Shown here one piece after another: positions 62,222 through 64,000 of a stretch of DNA of 64,000 nucleotides (its first letter is position 1; every line of letters starts with the position of its first letter). The DNA is from Utricularia gibba (taxonomy: Eukaryota > Plantae > Magnoliophyta): NCBI GenBank assembly GCA_002189035.1, contig NEEC01000004.1, positions 1,302,001-1,366,000 of the forward strand. The letters run 5' to 3'. The notes below the pieces were generated by a model. It had not been told where the DNA came from and searched no databases. It saw only the letters and a program-made list of their open reading frames with translations. Made by a program: the position numbers and the translations under genes.

Positions 62222-64000
62222 TTAAGAAACATATACCCTTACGGAGCCTCTGACTGACTGCCTACAGACGGGGCAAAGGGGTGCGGTTTCTCGTTCTATT
62301 GTGAAGGCACAGCGTTGGCAGCAGACAAGATGACCACAAGGGGTGAAGGCAACTCGCCGCCTATGCATCACACAGACCACACATAATTCACCATCAGGAA
62401 CATCACCAGAGTCTTCTTCTGCCGTGCTCTCGGGAGGAGGAGCTTGGCTGGTCATCGAGCTACTTGCAGATCGGAGATGCCTCCGTTCCTTCCATCTTCT
62501 CCAATGCCTGTAAGCCAACTGGTCAGCAATGTGGTATACAATGGACTGGGTTGTAAACCTAATATAAGTGCGGGTTTTCAGCAATGTACCTGCGCATAGA
62601 GTAACCCAAGATGCCTACAGCAAGGGAACCGAGAACTAAACCACTGCACATCAGAACTTTCATCTTTAAGGAAATATCTGAAACCATTTGACTCTTAGTC
62701 TTCTCAGACCTAGGCATATGCATTGCAAACATTTGTGAGAAGGGAAAACCAATATAACTAGCAAAGAAAAATTAAATAAACAACATCTAAACAAAGTTGC
62801 ATACAAGAAATATGGAAGATCATCGCATGATTCAATCTCTAAAGTCCCATGATCCTTTGGACGACAAATGCCAATAGCAGTTATTTCCTTGCCAAAAGGT
62901 AGTATCTTCTCTTCATATAGAACTCCAACCTGCGAGAACGCTAAGTTAATATCGATTTGGGAGAAGTTCCAAATGACATTAAAGTGACGAAAAACTTACT
63001 GGATACTTAATACCCGCCAACGCACAAAATATACTGAAGGAGTGGCACCAGTTGCCTGAAAGTCCTGATAAACTGCCTTAAGGGTAGTGGATGCGTTGAT
63101 CCCTCAAGATTGACAAGAACAAAGTCAGGCAGTGATGGGTTCCCTGGGTCAACCAGAACAAAAGGAACCTGAGAAGGAGGCATGTTCTTAGAATATTAAA
63201 CATAAAAAATCAATGAATCCATCGGTTGCTTCAAGCTCAAGCTTGCACTTCCGAACAAAAAATAGATCAGGACAATGTCAGCAACTATTTGACATGACGT
63301 TCACATAGATTCAAAAGTAACAAATGCGAAACTCATACTAAATACAAAGTAATTCCATATTCAGTGGATCAGCCAGAAATGGACTTACCTTCTTCAAAAT
63401 GAGTGACTGTTTTTCGCCCCAGGAGCTTGAAATAATCGACCAAAGATCAGAAGTCCACGCAAAAGCTCTCCTCCATTCGTTGTAAACACACTTTTAGACA
63501 GAAAAAAAAAAACAAAGTAAAATTAGTGAAACATATTTTTTTGCCACAAAATTTTAAGCTATCAACAAGTTTCCAGTCCCCATACTACTTCCAAATCACT
63601 CTATGCATGCGGAATGCAGAATTAAGAAGTTCAAAATTCTATAACTTGAAGCGAAAACCCCACCAACTGATCACAACAAGAAATCACTGAATTGGTACCA
63701 TATACAAACAATCGCCAAAGAAATGCAGAACTCACCGTTTGAGACTGCTCCAAAACAACACCCTTCTCCCCGGATTGCGGAGAAATAACAAAACTGTTGC
63801 CCTTCCGATCCCCCTTCGCAGCTTCCACGACACCTCTAACAATCACCAATTTTCCAGAACCGACACCATCTTCCCGATCATCATATCCTGAAAGGATGGT
63901 GCGGAGGTCGGTAGGTTTCACTTCCGACGCTGATTGGATCTCTAGCCGAGCAGATGAAAATTGGGTGTACTTCTGGATGCAACGATACGCTACGTATGCA
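62222..64000 (-). CDS. SPL2: E3 ubiquitin ligase SP1-like 2 (GIDE domain + C3HC4 RING); 5' end runs off the right edge
   Basis: KLVIVRGVVEA, VPFVLVD, ILGHEYP...EEKILPLGKE and C-terminal DVPDGELCVVCVMHRRRVAFTPCGHLVCCQRCA...CPVCRQSVRGSVRVY. Frame is open to the window edge. Confidence 0.92.

Overview
Eukaryotic nuclear DNA from a gene-dense plant genome: a eudicot by gene content, with short (~70-120 nt) GT-AG introns and AT-rich spacers. The species cannot be named from the sequence alone. About 20 recognisable protein-coding genes, in order: nuclear poly(A) polymerase (partial), OXS3-like, profilin, CHUP1-like, bHLH87-like, DUF266/core-2 glycosyltransferase, NADP-GDH, mitochondrial-type RPS15a, PPsPase/PECP phosphatase, USP-like+kinase, ACHT thioredoxin, a small membrane protein, HOTHEAD-like, NHL/LEA2, MYB26-like, EPFL3-like, zeta-COP, BIG GRAIN1-like, ELF4-like and SPL2-like E3 ligase (partial). 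Also present: a tRNA-Asn(GTT), two clear pseudogenes (crooked-neck C-terminal fragment; LBD22/7-like) and a 1.67-kb non-autonomous hAT-type element. The best hidden feature is absent from the ORF track: a double-guide box H/ACA snoRNA (5997-6150, minus strand) whose two pockets match conserved 18S and 25S rRNA pseudouridine sites. Several islands remain unexplained (5.1-5.4 kb, 13.6-14.0 kb, 15.4-16.3 kb, 37.6-40.6 kb, 51.2-52.5 kb). I found no prokaryote-type system and no CRISPR array. Family assignments come from recalled motifs, not database searches.
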